From Podarcis cretensis (Eukaryota): a DNA stretch of 64,000 nt. Shown here piece after piece: positions 50,501-63,500 of this stretch. The position numbers were made by a program, and so were the translations under genes. The notes under the pieces were generated by a model. That model saw only the letters and a list, made by a program, of their open reading frames with translations. It did no database searches and was not told the DNA's origin. Within the stretch, counting starts at the first letter, position 1, and each line of letters starts with the position of its first letter. The stretch is taken from the NCBI GenBank assembly GCA_951804945.1, contig OX638152.1, positions 58,404,001 through 58,468,000 on the forward strand. Direction: 5' to 3'.

Positions 50501-52328
50501 GCTTTGCTCATGCAATAGGGTTGCATAGAGAGCTGGCAGTGAGAAGTGGTAGGAATCTGGTGGGTTGGCAGACACTTTGGGTGCAACAGTTTTATTCATT
50601 CAAGAAGCCAGTACTGTAAAGTAGTTTTTGGAGCCATCATAATTACAATTAATTGCAGCAGATTGCCCTTCCAAATGAACTTTTTAATTCCAAAGTTTAA
50701 GTGTGTCTGTTTGCTGTATTTACTTAAGGCAGTTCAAGCAGGAAACTGTGTTCTGCCTGTTTTTCTTTATGTGTGTGTACATAATTCATACATTTTAATT
50801 GTTTCCACCACCACCCCAGATTTATTAAAGAAAAAACCCTGATGTGTGCATCAGTCTAATGTACATTTGATTGATCAGTTTTAAGAACATTAAATCATAC
50901 CAGGCAAACTTGTGCTTTGATTCAGGCTAGAACAGGCCTGAGTGTGTTGGGATGTGACTCACAAGCCCTTGAGTCAGCTGCCTTTGTGTTGTTGCACAAT
51001 AATGATGTTGTATTTTGCTTAATATTTATTTGACCTTCTCTTGGGTGCAGTCTCCTTCTTCTGTTTGTTAATGAGATATCTTATTAGCTTAAAAAGGAGC
51101 CTATTAAGGGGTGCTCTGGATTTGACCCCCCCCCCTCATTTAAGCTATGCACATCTTTTCCGACTTTGAATAGTGTTTTTCAGCTCTTGTTAGAATAGCA
51201 GCAGGAAATATTTGCTTAAGTCTCAACTATTTAGCCAGGTTTGAGGATTTTGTGTATCATGATGTAGTGAATCTTAAACCCTTGCTCTGTTAGGCCTGAC
51301 CAGGCACACAGTCATGTTCATTTATTACAATGGAGACTTATATACAGGAAAATGAGTACTAGTGTGTGTGTGTGTGGGAGGAGTGTCTCTTAAAATAATT
51401 TTATTTGCTGACCTGTTTTTTATTCCATTGGATGCTCTTATTGGTTCAACAATATGAATTACCCTATGGCTATAGCTTTACTAAGTAACTACTTAGTGAA
51501 TCTGACTAGCTTCACTAAGTAACTCCTCAAATGTAGACCCAAAGCATCGTAAAGCCATTGTGAGGACAAGCTGCTGGACTAGATGTTGGTAGGTTCTTCT
51601 TACGCAGAGATTAGACATTAAGGGTTTCAGAACAAACACCTTATGGACACAATCCAGTCAAACTTAAGCACTTGCAAAACTCCCCATCTTAAACCAATGA
51701 ATGAAACAGAGAATGAGTATCCACTCTTTAGTTGTCTTGTTTTTAACTTAGCTGGTTCATCAGTTGCTAAAAGTTAGAACAGTAGCAGCATCCATTATAA
51801 AAACAAATACTGCCACATTCAATCTTATATTTATGAATCTGAAAATGTGGAAGTGGCAAATGATAAGAAAGAAATCTGGATGATTAGAATTTGTTAGTTT
51901 GTGTAGGGAGTCCCCTTGGGTGAATAATTGTAGGTTAGATTATAGGATGTAGATAATATTTAAAATCTCTTAAAATTGTTACTGATTTTGAAAGCTTTCT
52001 ACAACACAAGTAATTGCAAGTGCTAAATTGCATAACTTTATTTAATATCTTTTAAAAACTAAGTATGATCTGCCTTAGCAAGTGCTTGGAAATTACTTCA
52101 GGTGATGTGGACACAGTTGACTACTATGCAGTATATTCAATGAGTGGTTTGCTTAAAAAGAAATGTATCTTAATCTTAAAGTAGTTGCCCTCTTTCACCC
52201 CTTCCCTTTCCATTGCCTTGTTTATATTATATTGAGATTTTGGTCTAATATGGTGCCATGTTGAGGTTATCCTTGAACAATTGTAAGAACGAGTACTAGG
52301 ATTTGTATTTTGCAAAACAGGTAACAGT

Positions 52329-52352
52329 TATATATCTATATCTATATCTATC

Positions 52353-52385
<33 letters not shown>
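52329..52385. repeat. (TATATC)n/(TA)n compound microsatellite
   Basis: Direct reading. Confidence 0.93.
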
Positions 52386-52702
52386 CTGGCTGGTGGGTTT
52401 CTGATGACATTTCCTTTCTATACATCACTGAAACATGATAATTTGGTATAAGAATTATTTTTTACTATGACGTGTTATGGATTTCCTTATATGGAGGAGA
52501 TGTTAAGACATCCAAATGTGCTTCCTAAAGGATCTAGTCAAAGTAACCTAACTTAACAAGCCTTATTGCAATGCCTGAGTGTGAGGGAATGTGTAATTCT
52601 TTAAAAACGTGTGGAGTGGTGGGTTTGAGGTTTGTGTTTAGCTTTTGTTTCTTTTACCAAGATATAAAATCTAGATAATTACTTCTTATTCTTTTTCCAC
52701 AG

Positions 52703-52870
52703 GTTTGGCGTAATGGTGGAGGTGCTGTTGGTCCAGAAATTTTAGTTGCTCATCAGTCGCTCAGTAGTCAGTGTAGATTCTGTTTTCTCAATCAGCAGCT
52801 ACATCTGGCTACTGGGTCTCTGAAGACATCTTGTGGCATCTCTTCACTGATGACTATTTGGATACCTTGA
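52703..52870 (+). other. Possible exon after a strong splice acceptor (end uncertain)
   Basis: acttcttattctttttccacAG|G at 52681-52703; no convincing donor downstream; AATAAA at about 52878 and 52945. Confidence 0.25.
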
Positions 52871-55547
52871 ACTGCTGTTACTTTTCCATGATACAAAATA
52901 AAATTATTCAGTAATGTCCAGAGCAATGTCTAAAAATGGTTTTCAATAAAATGATCCCACTTTCCAGTGAAAGGCTTTTATGTTTCTGATTGGATTTAAG
53001 GAGGCCTTTCATGTAGAGGCCTATAATTTTATTATAGAAACGATCACAATTTACAATAAACAGTAGCTTATTCTAGGCAAAATGCACAGCAACCAGCTGC
53101 TGTCTCTAACAACAATCGCAGTCTGTTGTTCAAATCTCATATAGTCAATCAGGAATTCTTTGTAACAATATGTTTCCCCAAATGAACTTCGATAAGACTT
53201 TGCAACTGTGTTGTTTTTATTCAGTTCAGAATCAAAATGTATATTTGCTTGAGACATGTAATAACGTAATCTGGCTCACACTTATATTCGGCACACTTGC
53301 TAAAATGTGACATTTGAACGTGTGCACAGCAGCTTCTGGGGGTTCCCAGCAGGGCTCTGTTCAATGGAAAGCCGGGGGGCATTGAATGGGAAGCCACAGT
53401 AGACTGGATTGTGAGCATAGTGATCTCCACTATTTTTAGTAGTAGTTCACTGATCCCCTCCATATGCTATTTGGGTGGGCACCATCAATTTCAGTATTGA
53501 TTTAGTAACATATCAAAGAAGAGCAGCCAGTCTTGGGGCCTGAACCTGGCATACAATGTAGAATTCTGTGTTTGTTAATCAACAGCTACATTGTCTGCTG
53601 GGTTTCAGGCTGCTTGGAAATTGCAAAGCAAATTTGTACCTGACACCTTCATTCTGCATCCTTCTGCCTATTTTTCATTGTGAAATAAAGTTGAGTTGTA
53701 TATGAAAAAATGTCATGTTGCGATTTCTTCTCCTGTGAAATGGTTTAAAGCCTTTCATTCATTGGTGTTCTTTTAATCTTAGTAACTTTCTCTTTTGAAG
53801 AATAAATCGAATGTTTCAAGCTATGTAGTGTATTTTAAAAGATAATTTTTTTTGAGTTAGTGTTGTTACATTTTCTGGATAAAAAGAAGAGCAAACTATA
53901 AAGGGGCATTTAACATACTTAGTCCAGTGAGATCAGTTTTTTTATACTGAGAACATATCAAAATTCCCTTTAACTCTACACATGTAGGACACTGTTACAG
54001 CACAGTCTTCCATGATTTCTTTTATTGCTTTAGAGTGCAAGTGGAACAGCTTCATAACTCAATGCTTTTCTGCATCAGAACTAATGCATCAGCAAGGAGG
54101 CAAAGTTAGAATGCAAGGCTACATTTCTTAAGAAAGGGAGTCTTTGGCATGGAGAAATACTCAGTAAAGTTGTTTTCCCCCACGTGCATTCTGAAGTGGT
54201 GCAGTCTGTCTAGGGCTACATCTCATGATTCTTATGAATGTGTAGGTCTGCTCTTGGAATCAAATTTCAGAATCAATATAAAACTCTTGTGCTCCACTGT
54301 GTTCCTAAGACCTATATTCTAACAGTATATCATTGTGTGTAGTGGATTTCTGTTTTGACATTTTGCTTCTTGCCCTTCAGAAAGTGTAAGCTAAAAATCC
54401 ACAATTGTATGACAAGCAATAGCTTGATTCTGTGAGCCACACTGCCATGGAAAATGTGTTCCAAGTGGGGATCTCAAGAAGTGTGGAGGGCAAACAGTCA
54501 CAGAAACATGAATTGTTGTTAGGCTGATGATAGACACAATAGTTTGATGATGCTGTGCAGTTATGCCATATAATCACCCAGATGATCATGGTAGGGGTGG
54601 TGAAATTTGGGTAATCTCAGAGAGATTGCAGAGTGGCATCTAACATGCCACAGAATTGACTTACCATCACATAACTTCATATGCTTCATATTCATAGCAG
54701 CCTGTTAATAAAAGAATAATGAATATGCAACATGACAGCAAAACATTCTCAATTGGCCAAGCACAAAATGTTGCAGTAGTTACCTGGGTGGAAGCTATAC
54801 AGCATGCCATCTCAGCAGACCATATTGATAGAACCTAGGTGTAAACATATTTAGGTAGTTATTAGTATTTGTGCATTTTGTTGTCATTGGAAAACTGCAT
54901 TGCAAAATTCAGAGAAGCACATGGTTTGAAGGAGGGTTGTGTTTCAGTCTGTGTATTGATTAACATATGAACTGAACAAATCTCTCCATCCCTAAATTTT
55001 GCATTATACTGTAGCCATGTGTAACATTCCTGCAACCACCCTTCACTGTTGCAAAGTGCCCAAAAGCAGTGAAGAAAGGCTACTACATTTCTTTCTGTAG
55101 TAGCTACTTTCCAACAGAAGTTTCCCTAGCTGCAATCCTCCTACCAATGTTCTGGAGATTGGTGTATTTAGCAGATCTAGAACCCTGTTTTGGTTCTATG
55201 GTTTGCCATAGAGCAAAGACAATTAGACTAACAGCTGAGAATTAGAGAGGGTTGGTGATCATGGGCCCTTGGGAGCAGCTACTGTCCAGCAACCCTACTT
55301 TGCCCCATTCATAGTGATGAACACTACATAAACTCATGTCAGTGCTACTGTTAGCAATGAGTCACCTCCCTCAGCAGTTTCACTTCCCCACCACATTTCA
55401 GTTGCACAAATGGTGTTGAAATATCCATTGTTGGCATGTGGTTCAGGTTCCTGAATTGTCCTTAAATCATGCTGCTTGCGTTTGTCAAGAAGAATGCTAT
55501 AAGAGTTGCTACTGCTAATTGTTCTTCAGGTGATAGGTTTTGTCAGC

Positions 55548-55778
55548 CAGTGGCAGAGATTCCTGGGTGATGGGAAGTCACCACTTAATTTATTATACAC
55601 AACACACTGTCGTGCCCTGCTGGTGGTGTTTCTAGGGCAACCGGCTTGTCACTATTGAATACAGTGGCAGAGATTCCTGGGTGGTGGGAAGTCACCACTT
55701 AATTTATTATACACAACACAGTCGTGCCCTGCTGGTGGTGTTTCTAGGGCAACCGGCTTGTCACTATTGAATACAGTG
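55548..55778. repeat. Recent tandem duplication (114 bp + 112 bp units)
   Basis: Units start at 55548 and 55662 and differ by one substitution and a 2-bp indel; CAGTG at all three junctions. Confidence 0.95.
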
Positions 55779-56868
55779 CAGGCCAATGGCCCATGTAGTC
55801 CAATATCCTGTTATCATAGTAGGCAACCAAATGCTTACAAGCAACCTGCACACAGGACCAAAGCGCAAGAGCACTCTCTCTCTCCTGTAGTTTTCAGCAA
55901 CTGGTATTCAGAAGCATGCTGCCTCCAACTGTAAAGGCAGAGCATAGCCATTGATAGATAAATTCATGGATCCAAAGACTAATTCTTTTAAAGCCACCCA
56001 AGTTTGTGGCAATCACTGTGGAGCAAATTCCATAGTTTAATTATGCATTGCATGAAGAAGTCCTTTATTTTGCTCATCCTGAATCCTCTGACGTTCAGCT
56101 TCATTGGACGTCAATGAGTTCTAGTGTTATGCACAATTTTATACACTTCTATCATGTCACCTTTTACTCACCTTTTCTCTGAACCCCAAAAATTCCAAAT
56201 GCTGCAACCTTTCCTCACAGAGGAATTGCTCCTTAATTATTCCCTTTGCCCTTTTCTGAACCCTTTCCAACTCTACAATATCCCTTTTGAAGTGAGGCTA
56301 CCAAAACTCTAAAAAGGTATTCCAAATGCTGTCACACTGTAGCTTAGTGTAATGGCACTATGATATTGGCAGTTTTATTTTCAACTCCTTTCCAAATTAT
56401 CCCTAGCACAGGGATCATTTGCCTTTCTCACAGCTCCCACACATTGGGTCGGCATATTATTTCAGCTATCCACTATGACATCAAGGTCTTGTTCCTGGTC
56501 AGTTATCACCAGTTCAGACCCCATGAGCATATATGTGAAGAAAGTGTATCATCTGGCATTTTACTGCCCATTCACTCAGTTTGGAGAGGTCCTTTTGGAG
56601 CTCTTCACAATCTCTTTGTTTTAATGACCCTGAGCAAACTTGGCCTCATCACTGCTCACCCCTAGCTCCAGATCATTTATAAACAAGTTAAAAAACACAG
56701 CGCACCAATACTGATCCTTGGGTGTCTTCACTTTCTACATCTGTCCATTAGGAGAACTGTCCCTTTACTCCCATCCTCTGCTTTCTATTACATAACCAGT
56801 TCCTGATCCACAAGAGGACCTCTCTTCTTACCTCATGACTGCTTAGTTTACTCATGACTGGTGAGGTA

Positions 56869-56999
56869 GTTACAGGTAGATGGCCATGTTGGTGTGCCAT
56901 AGTCGAAACAAAATAAAAAATTAAAAAAATCCTTCCAGTAGCACCTTAGAGACCAGCTAAGTTTGTTATTGGTATGAGCTTTCGTGTGCATGCACACTT
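56869..56999. mobile_element. Penelope-like terminal fragment inserted in CR1
   Basis: tccttccagtagcaccttagagaccagctaagtttg...gagctttcgtgtgcatgcacac resembles lizard Penelope termini as I recall them, and it breaks the CR1 alignment. Confidence 0.6.
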
Positions 57000-57043
57000 T
57001 TAAAGTTCAAGTATACAATGCCAACCAGATCATCTTGTATCTA

Positions 57044-57261
57044 CAGTGGTACCTCCGGTTACAGACGCTTCAGGTTACAGACTCCGCTAACCCAGAAATA
57101 GTACTTTGGGTTAAGAACTTTACCTCAGGATGACAACAGAAATCGCATGGCAGCAACAGCGGGAGGCCACATTAGCTAAAGTGGTACCTCAGGTTAAGAA
57201 CAGTTTCAGGTTAAGAACGGATCTCCAGAACGAATTAAGTTCTTAACCTGAGGTACCACTG
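57044..57261. mobile_element. Tc1/mariner (Tigger-like) MITE inserted in CR1
   Basis: TIRs cagtggtacctccggtta / taacctgaggtaccactg, TA on both flanks; reverse orientation relative to 6603-6775. Confidence 0.92.
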
Positions 57262-57764
57262 TATATGCTTGCTGACACTTGTAAATAATTTTAGTGGGTT
57301 AGTAAAGCAGGGCTTGCATTTGCTGGTTCTGCTTCAGGAAGACTTGGCCTTTTAAAAAAATCTTGAACAATACTTTCCACCAGCTTTCCTCAGACAGATT
57401 TCTGTATTTCATTGATGCATGCCACAAAGGGAAGAGAAGGGCACAGTAAGTGGGCAAAAGGTTCATGCATATTGCTGCTTATAAAACCATTTGTCAATAG
57501 TTGCATGGTCATGATTCAGTTTTAATACAGAAATAAAGATTTTCATTTATATCAAATATGGGTTTCTTTTTAAATCAGATTATTTTTAAAGAAATGCTTA
57601 TTATGATTGAATTGGGTTTTTTAATTTACCTTTTCAAATTAAAATATATGACTGAAAATAAAATGTTAAAAGGGTTAATTTATAATCTCTTTTAATCACC
57701 CTGGTTAGGTGTTTGATTTCATGCTCCATTGAATTAGAGTACTTTAAGACTATAGGATGACTTA

Positions 57765-58124
57765 AGGTAAAAGTAAAGGTACCCCTGAGCATTAGGTCCA
57801 GCTCCGGACAACACTGGGGTTGTGCGCTCATCTCACTCTGTAGCCTGAGGGATCCGGCATTTGTCCGCAGACAGCTTCCGGGTCATGTGGCCAGCATGAC
57901 TAAGCTGCTTCTGGTGAAACCAGAGCAGCGCACGGAAACTCCGTTTACCTTCCCGCCAGAGCGGTACCTATTTAGCTACTTGCACTTCGTGCTTTTGAAC
58001 TGCTAGGTGGGCAGGAGCAGGGACCGAACAATGGGAGCTCACCCCGTCTTGAGGATTCAAACTGCCGACCTTCCAGTTGGCAAGCCCTAGGCTCAGTGGT
58101 TTAGACCACTGCGCTACCCGCGTC
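57765..58124 (-). mobile_element. Sauria SINE, full length, divergent subfamily
   Basis: Reverse complement starts ggacgcgggtagcgc, ends in an ACCTTT-type tail, 15-bp TSD CTATAGGATGACTTA at 57750-57764 and 58125-58139. Confidence 0.93.
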
Positions 58125-59499
58125 CTATAGGATGACTTAGCATTGGTTTTTTAAAAATCACTATGTTTCATAGCTTATTTTATCAAAATCTAGGCAGGGC
58201 ATCTTGATTTACCAGTTTTAGCTTGTGAGTTTACATATAAAGGCATAGTGAAGGCAATTTCTCTCACTTGGGGAAAGAGAAGCACATGCATGAGTAATAC
58301 AATTAGAACAAGTATTTTATCTTCACTAAATAGAAAGTTTTATGTAGAATCATGTATCCTTTGTTCGTTCTGTTGCTTAGTAACACTTGCAAATGCCAGG
58401 CTCTTCTCAGTCAAGGCAAAAAGGAGTTTGGCTGTTAGCTCCAGTCATCAATTGAAAATACTGTTCTAGAATTAAGGTCTGTCAAGGTAATGTTGCTACT
58501 TTTCAGATCAATCACTCTGCATATGACGACTATGCGTTCCCACATGGAATAATAAAAATTTTGTTTGTCTGTTTTTGCTGTTCTTCATTTATGGATTCCA
58601 CATTTAACCATGCACTGGAGTTAATGGATCATTTGCTTCATATAGCAGAGATTGCTATAGCTTTTTTTAAAAAAAGTTCCTTTAAATAGGAAAACTAACC
58701 ATATGCACATTTTCCTCCTACGTTTCCATAGTCCAGCCTGCTCAGCTATAACTGTTACCAATGCAGCATCAGCAGCTGTAAAGGGTATCGTCTGTGCTGA
58801 GACCAGGAAATATGAGCTGCTGTTCCCTTAAGTGCACCTTCTCTGTTGCCTGAAATTCTCTTAAGCAATCTGTGTTTGAGTCCTTCTTTTGGTTTGGTTT
58901 TCTTCTTGAATCATATAGGAAGACAACTCTATTTACAGTATGATCCACACTCACAAATGTGACCCTGTGCACATAGCTTATAGCTGATTTTTAGTCCCAT
59001 TAGTTTAAATGCAAGAACACCAGCTCAATTGTCTAGTGGATCACAGTCGTTGTGATTTTGCCAAGTGTCCTCTGAATTATGGCTTGTTTACATAGACATA
59101 GTGACTCTACTTGCCAATAGTTGTCTGATGCTAAGAAGCCAGTTTCATTTTGTAAGGGCGTGAATACTGAAAACAGCTAGGTCAAAAGGCAAATGACACT
59201 AAAATGATTTAAACTGCCTACAGCATCACTAGCTTTACCAAAATGACTAGCCAGTGGAAACCCTGTGATCTAACTCTGCAGCTGTAAAATTCTTATTGAA
59301 CCATAAGCAGCTTTATCTACAACCTATAGTCAAAGATCAAAGTGAAATGGTTCTTGCTGTGGTTGAGCATAGCTAGAAAAAAGGACCAAGTACTTTTAAG
59401 TAAACTTCTCACTAATAAGCTTATCTAATCCCCACCCCAGGGGAGGACTAGCAATTACAACCCTGTTTTAAGAAATTGAACACTTTACTTAACGCCTAG

Positions 59500-59552
59500 C
59501 TTTCCTTTCCTTTCTTTCCCCTTTTCCCCTTTCCCTTTCCTTTCCTTTTCTT
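59500..59552. repeat. Pyrimidine-rich (CTTTC)n-like repeat
   Basis: Direct reading. Confidence 0.85.
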
Positions 59553-59709
59553 AAAATAGCCATTGTATTTTGGTTGTGTTTTTAAAGTCAAGTCATCTTT
59601 ATATTGGTACGATCATGCTGCTCTTTGGCACAATTAACATTCATGAGATAATTAAGTCCTCACGCATTTTCACTGAAGGGCCCCCTGCCTGGACTCACCA
59701 ACTTTACAG

Positions 59710-59772
59710 TTTCCTGCATTGCCAAGGGTTGGGTTAAATGACCTTGAGGTTCCTTCCAACTCAGTGATTCCG
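59710..59772 (+). mobile_element. CR1 LINE 3' terminus
   Basis: ttcctgcattgccaagggttgggttaaatgaccttgaggttccttccaactcagtgattc is the classic CR1 3' end. Confidence 0.7.
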
Positions 59773-59791
59773 CATGGGCAGATTACTGGTA

Positions 59792-60006
59792 CAGTGGTAC
59801 CTTGGTTCTCGGACTTAATCCATTCCAGGAGTCCGTTTGACTCCTGAAACAGTTCAAAAACCAAGGCGTGGCTTCCGATTGGCTGCAGGAGCTTCCTGCA
59901 CCCAAGTGGAAGCAGCGGCGGATGTTTGGCTTCTGAAAAACTCTTTGTGACATTCAGGAGCTGATTTGTTTGGCAACTAAGTCGTTTGAGGACCAAGGTA
60001 CCACTC
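59792..60006. mobile_element. Tc1/mariner (Tigger-like) MITE
   Basis: TIRs cagtggtaccttggttctc / gaggaccaaggtaccactc with TA on both flanks. Confidence 0.88.
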
Positions 60007-60322
60007 TATTCTGTTTTGAGTCTTGGCCTACCCCAACACAAAAGAAGCATACACAATACTTTGCTTTATTATCTTCCAAATTCTGCTCACCACCATATAA
60101 ACATTCAACACTCTCTGACTATGTGAACAGGTTCAGAAGTGATAAATTGTGTGGGGGGGGGGGAGAAGTAGGATATGGTTGTTCCCATTAAAAGATGTTC
60201 CCTACCTTTGCCAAAAATGCTGAAAGGTGGAAGGGATTGCTTTGGTTGACAGCACAGCTCAACCTGAGGAGCCATTGGGCAGCAACTGAGCCACGGGGAC
60301 TAACCTCAAGAGCTCTCTCTGT

Positions 60323-60535
60323 AGGTTCATCCAGACTTCCTTTTAGGCACAGATCCACACTTTAAAGCTCTGTGTCTGAGTGGCAAAAATTTGAATGCCA
60401 TTTGTTTCACTTATAGTGGTAGAACATGGGTTTTCCCGGGGAAAGCGCTGGGAAAAGAAAAATGCTCTGACACAGAGTTTTAAAGCCCAGACCTGTGCCT
60501 AGAAACACAACACAAAAGGAAGTCTAGATGAGCCC
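60323..60535. mobile_element. PIF/Harbinger-like MITE
   Basis: TIRs ggttcatccagacttcctttt / aaaaggaagtctagatgagcc; inner inverted blocks taggcacag..ctctgtgtc / gacacagag..ctgtgccta. Confidence 0.75.
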
Positions 60536-63500
60536 TCTATGTGGCATGTGTTGGAAGTGTTGGGATGCCACATAGCTTGTATTGAAGTATGAGAGAGGGG
60601 AGTAGAGAGAGGAGAAACACTCTTGATTCCTAGTCTTCCTGCTTCCTTCTCTTCTTCATGCCTCATTGGGAGAGGCTATATCTTTCCTTTGCCTCTCTCC
60701 TGCAGAGATGAAAGAGCAAGCATGGCTCTTTGCATCTCCACCTTAGTTACCTAGATGTAGGATATATTCAATATGTATATCCTATTATCAACTTAGATTT
60801 CTTATTTCCCATACTCAGAAGTCTCAGTGTGATTGCATAAAAAGTAAAGCATGCTCCTCCAAGCAGGTATTCCAGTGCACAGTTCAATTTCTGCTGATGC
60901 ACTTAAACTAGAGATACCAGCAGCATCTCCAAAGTCCCTTTCTACCCCACCTCAAAGTTGAGGAAAATTAATTTCACTTCTCTCTCTTCCATACCTCTTT
61001 CCCTCCCCATCTGAAGTCCTCATAGGTCTGCCACTTTCTAATACCCAACACCATTCCTTTCCTTTTCCTTTTTCTCCTTTACAACAGATATAATGCCCAT
61101 GCAATTCAAGGATCTCATAGTCAACCTGCTTTATTCTTTTCCATCAAATATTAAGCTGCCTGATTTGCAGATCTGGTGCAAACACAGCTCTGTCACTTTC
61201 CTTACCTTCGTTCCCCTTTCCTCTGCAGCCTTGCCTCTTAATGTATTTGAAAATGGATGTGCCCTCAAATAAGAGCTATTGGCCTTGTTAGAGAAGCTGA
61301 GGCTAACACATCTAAGTGTATAAGGATATCATGATGGTGATGGTGATGTTCAGATGCAAAACTGGAATGCATGTCTTCCTTCTACTTTAGCTCATCATCT
61401 GTTATTTTGATTTATGGAGATGGATCCACAGCAACTACATACCCTGTGATGTGAAAACTTAAGAGTTGAGGAGAGCGTATCACAGGACTTCCTTGCAGTG
61501 CACCTGCTGCACCTGAAATGTTTGGATGTTCTTGTTAAGTACACAGAGTTCTCAACTGGATACTCTGTAAACAAGAGCAGGTGGAAGGTTTTCACCAGTT
61601 TCTGCATTTTTCCTGTTCTAAGCAAATCATTTGAAGGGGGAGGAGATGCATTTTGTGTATACTTGTGAAAGCTGTAATTTTCCAAGATGAATTGGAGGAG
61701 GGTGCTGGAAACAATAATTTCATTCTGTGCCCCTACATAAAATATGGTGTGCCTACCCAAAAAGAAGGCATGAATTAAGAAGCCTCTTTGCTTTTGTGCA
61801 TCTCAAAGCAGACTTAAAGCAAGACTGCTTGGGGAATCTTTGTGCCTCCAGAAGTTGTTAGACTTCAACTCCCGTTGTTTTCAATGTGCATGGCTGATGG
61901 TCAGGGGTGATTTAGCTGGAGATCCCGGGGGGGGGGGGCAAGGTGAAGAACATAAGAGTAGAATTTCAATGTATTTTTTAATAAAACAATATATGAGTTT
62001 TATACTTTTAACAAGCCAGGAAAATAAAAAAGCTTAAAATAAATACCAGGAGCATTTTAACTTTATGGTGGATTGTGACCAAGAGAGGCAGCTAAAAATG
62101 TAAGCAGCTATTTTAACATAAAAGTCTAATTCTGCTTATTAAATAAGATGATCTGGCAACTTCATGAAGCAGGCTTTATGCTTTAGTACTGGCACCACTT
62201 AATTTACAGCCTGTCTCATCCTGCATATCTGTTCTCTTCCATCTGTTAATGTTCTGCAGCTTTCCTTATGATAAATACTTGCCTATTAACACCCGTTCCC
62301 TCCTCCTAGCTTCCTTCAATTCTTTTCTGAGTGCCCTTTGCCCTACCTGCAATTTCCCCTCTTCCACAACCAAGCTGCTTCTCTGAAGAAAGCTGTCTAG
62401 GTGTGAAGAGAAGGCCATGGGAAGGGACAAAGCTGGCATGAGTAAGAATAACTGGGCTGTAGCCAGAATCAAACTGCTTCAATAGCGTGGTTGCACAAAT
62501 GGCAATTACATCACTAACAACAGTTGTACGAGTTGTTGTGCTACCGTGCACTCATAAACTTCATACAAGTTGCTATATGTGATCTATTTTTACATCTTAC
62601 TTACTTTTGACATAAAGCTTGCTTCACATGGTAAAAATAGATAAAAAGTAGATGGGTGGCTCCAACAGAGTCTGCCTGTGCTGCAGTATGTATTGTTTGC
62701 ACACACAAAGTGAGACTGGCATTATAAAATCAATTATTTAACAAGCTGGAGTTAACATGAAAACAATAGGATGGAGCAATTAGAGCTACATGTTGCCTGT
62801 AAGAACTGAAGCAGGAACCATTAGTATCCACTTGCTCATTAAAGATCAGTTGTGTCGTAAATGCTGCTTAATAAGCAAAACAAAGTAGCCAAGAGTTGTA
62901 TTCATAGCATTTTGAACAAGCCACATATATAAACAATTTCAAGAGCCTCTAAAAGTGAAATCCCTTGAGACCAGCATTCTGTGGCCTGATTTTCATATGT
63001 AAGATTCAGGTTCAAATCTCTGCTTATTCACTGAACTCACAGTCTGGGTCAAATTGTGTCGTGTCCCAGGGTTCTTCCAGATAAGTGCTTATTATGGGAT
63101 TGCTGCTCCTCATGCATGCAAATGTTTTGCTGCAGCCACATGACATGGTTGGCATCAAAATGCCAGCCTCTATTTCTCTTCCCCATTTATACTCTCAGGG
63201 GGAAATCCAGTAAACAGTAACTAAAAATGCCATCTACCTCTTTGTGATATCTCAACTACCCATTTACAAATTAAGGCCCTATCTGGAAGCACCCATGCCC
63301 TAACTTTCACGTCTTTAAACCCTGAGATTAGAATGGTATTTCTGTATTGACCAGAAAAGTGTGAGATTAACAGGAAGCATATTCACCACTGTTGTATGAC
63401 TGCATGGTTGATTCCAGTGTCTGAGCTTTCTCTGCAAGTTAGGAAAATGCACTGGAGCAGAGGAGTACAAGATAAAAACTAGCATCATATATTGGGATGT

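Larger units (their letters stand above)
55780..57390 (-). mobile_element. CR1 LINE 3' half (RT region and 3' UTR), degenerate, with two nested insertions
   Basis: Minus-strand PQGSVL near 56700-56725, VGIVYLNF (VDIVYLDF-like) near 57000-57026, and a 3' UTR similar to 6472-6830. Confidence 0.85.

Noticed and set aside
55548-55778. CRISPR-like or functional repeat array
   Set aside because: Only two contiguous units, no spacers, eukaryotic context; its ccaccagcagggcac motif does not fit CTCF core spacing
61395-61760. 121-aa minus-strand ORF and a + strand MEMDP resembling PI3K p55 N-termini
   Set aside because: No recognisable domain; MEMDP has an in-frame stop just upstream and no splice donor after it
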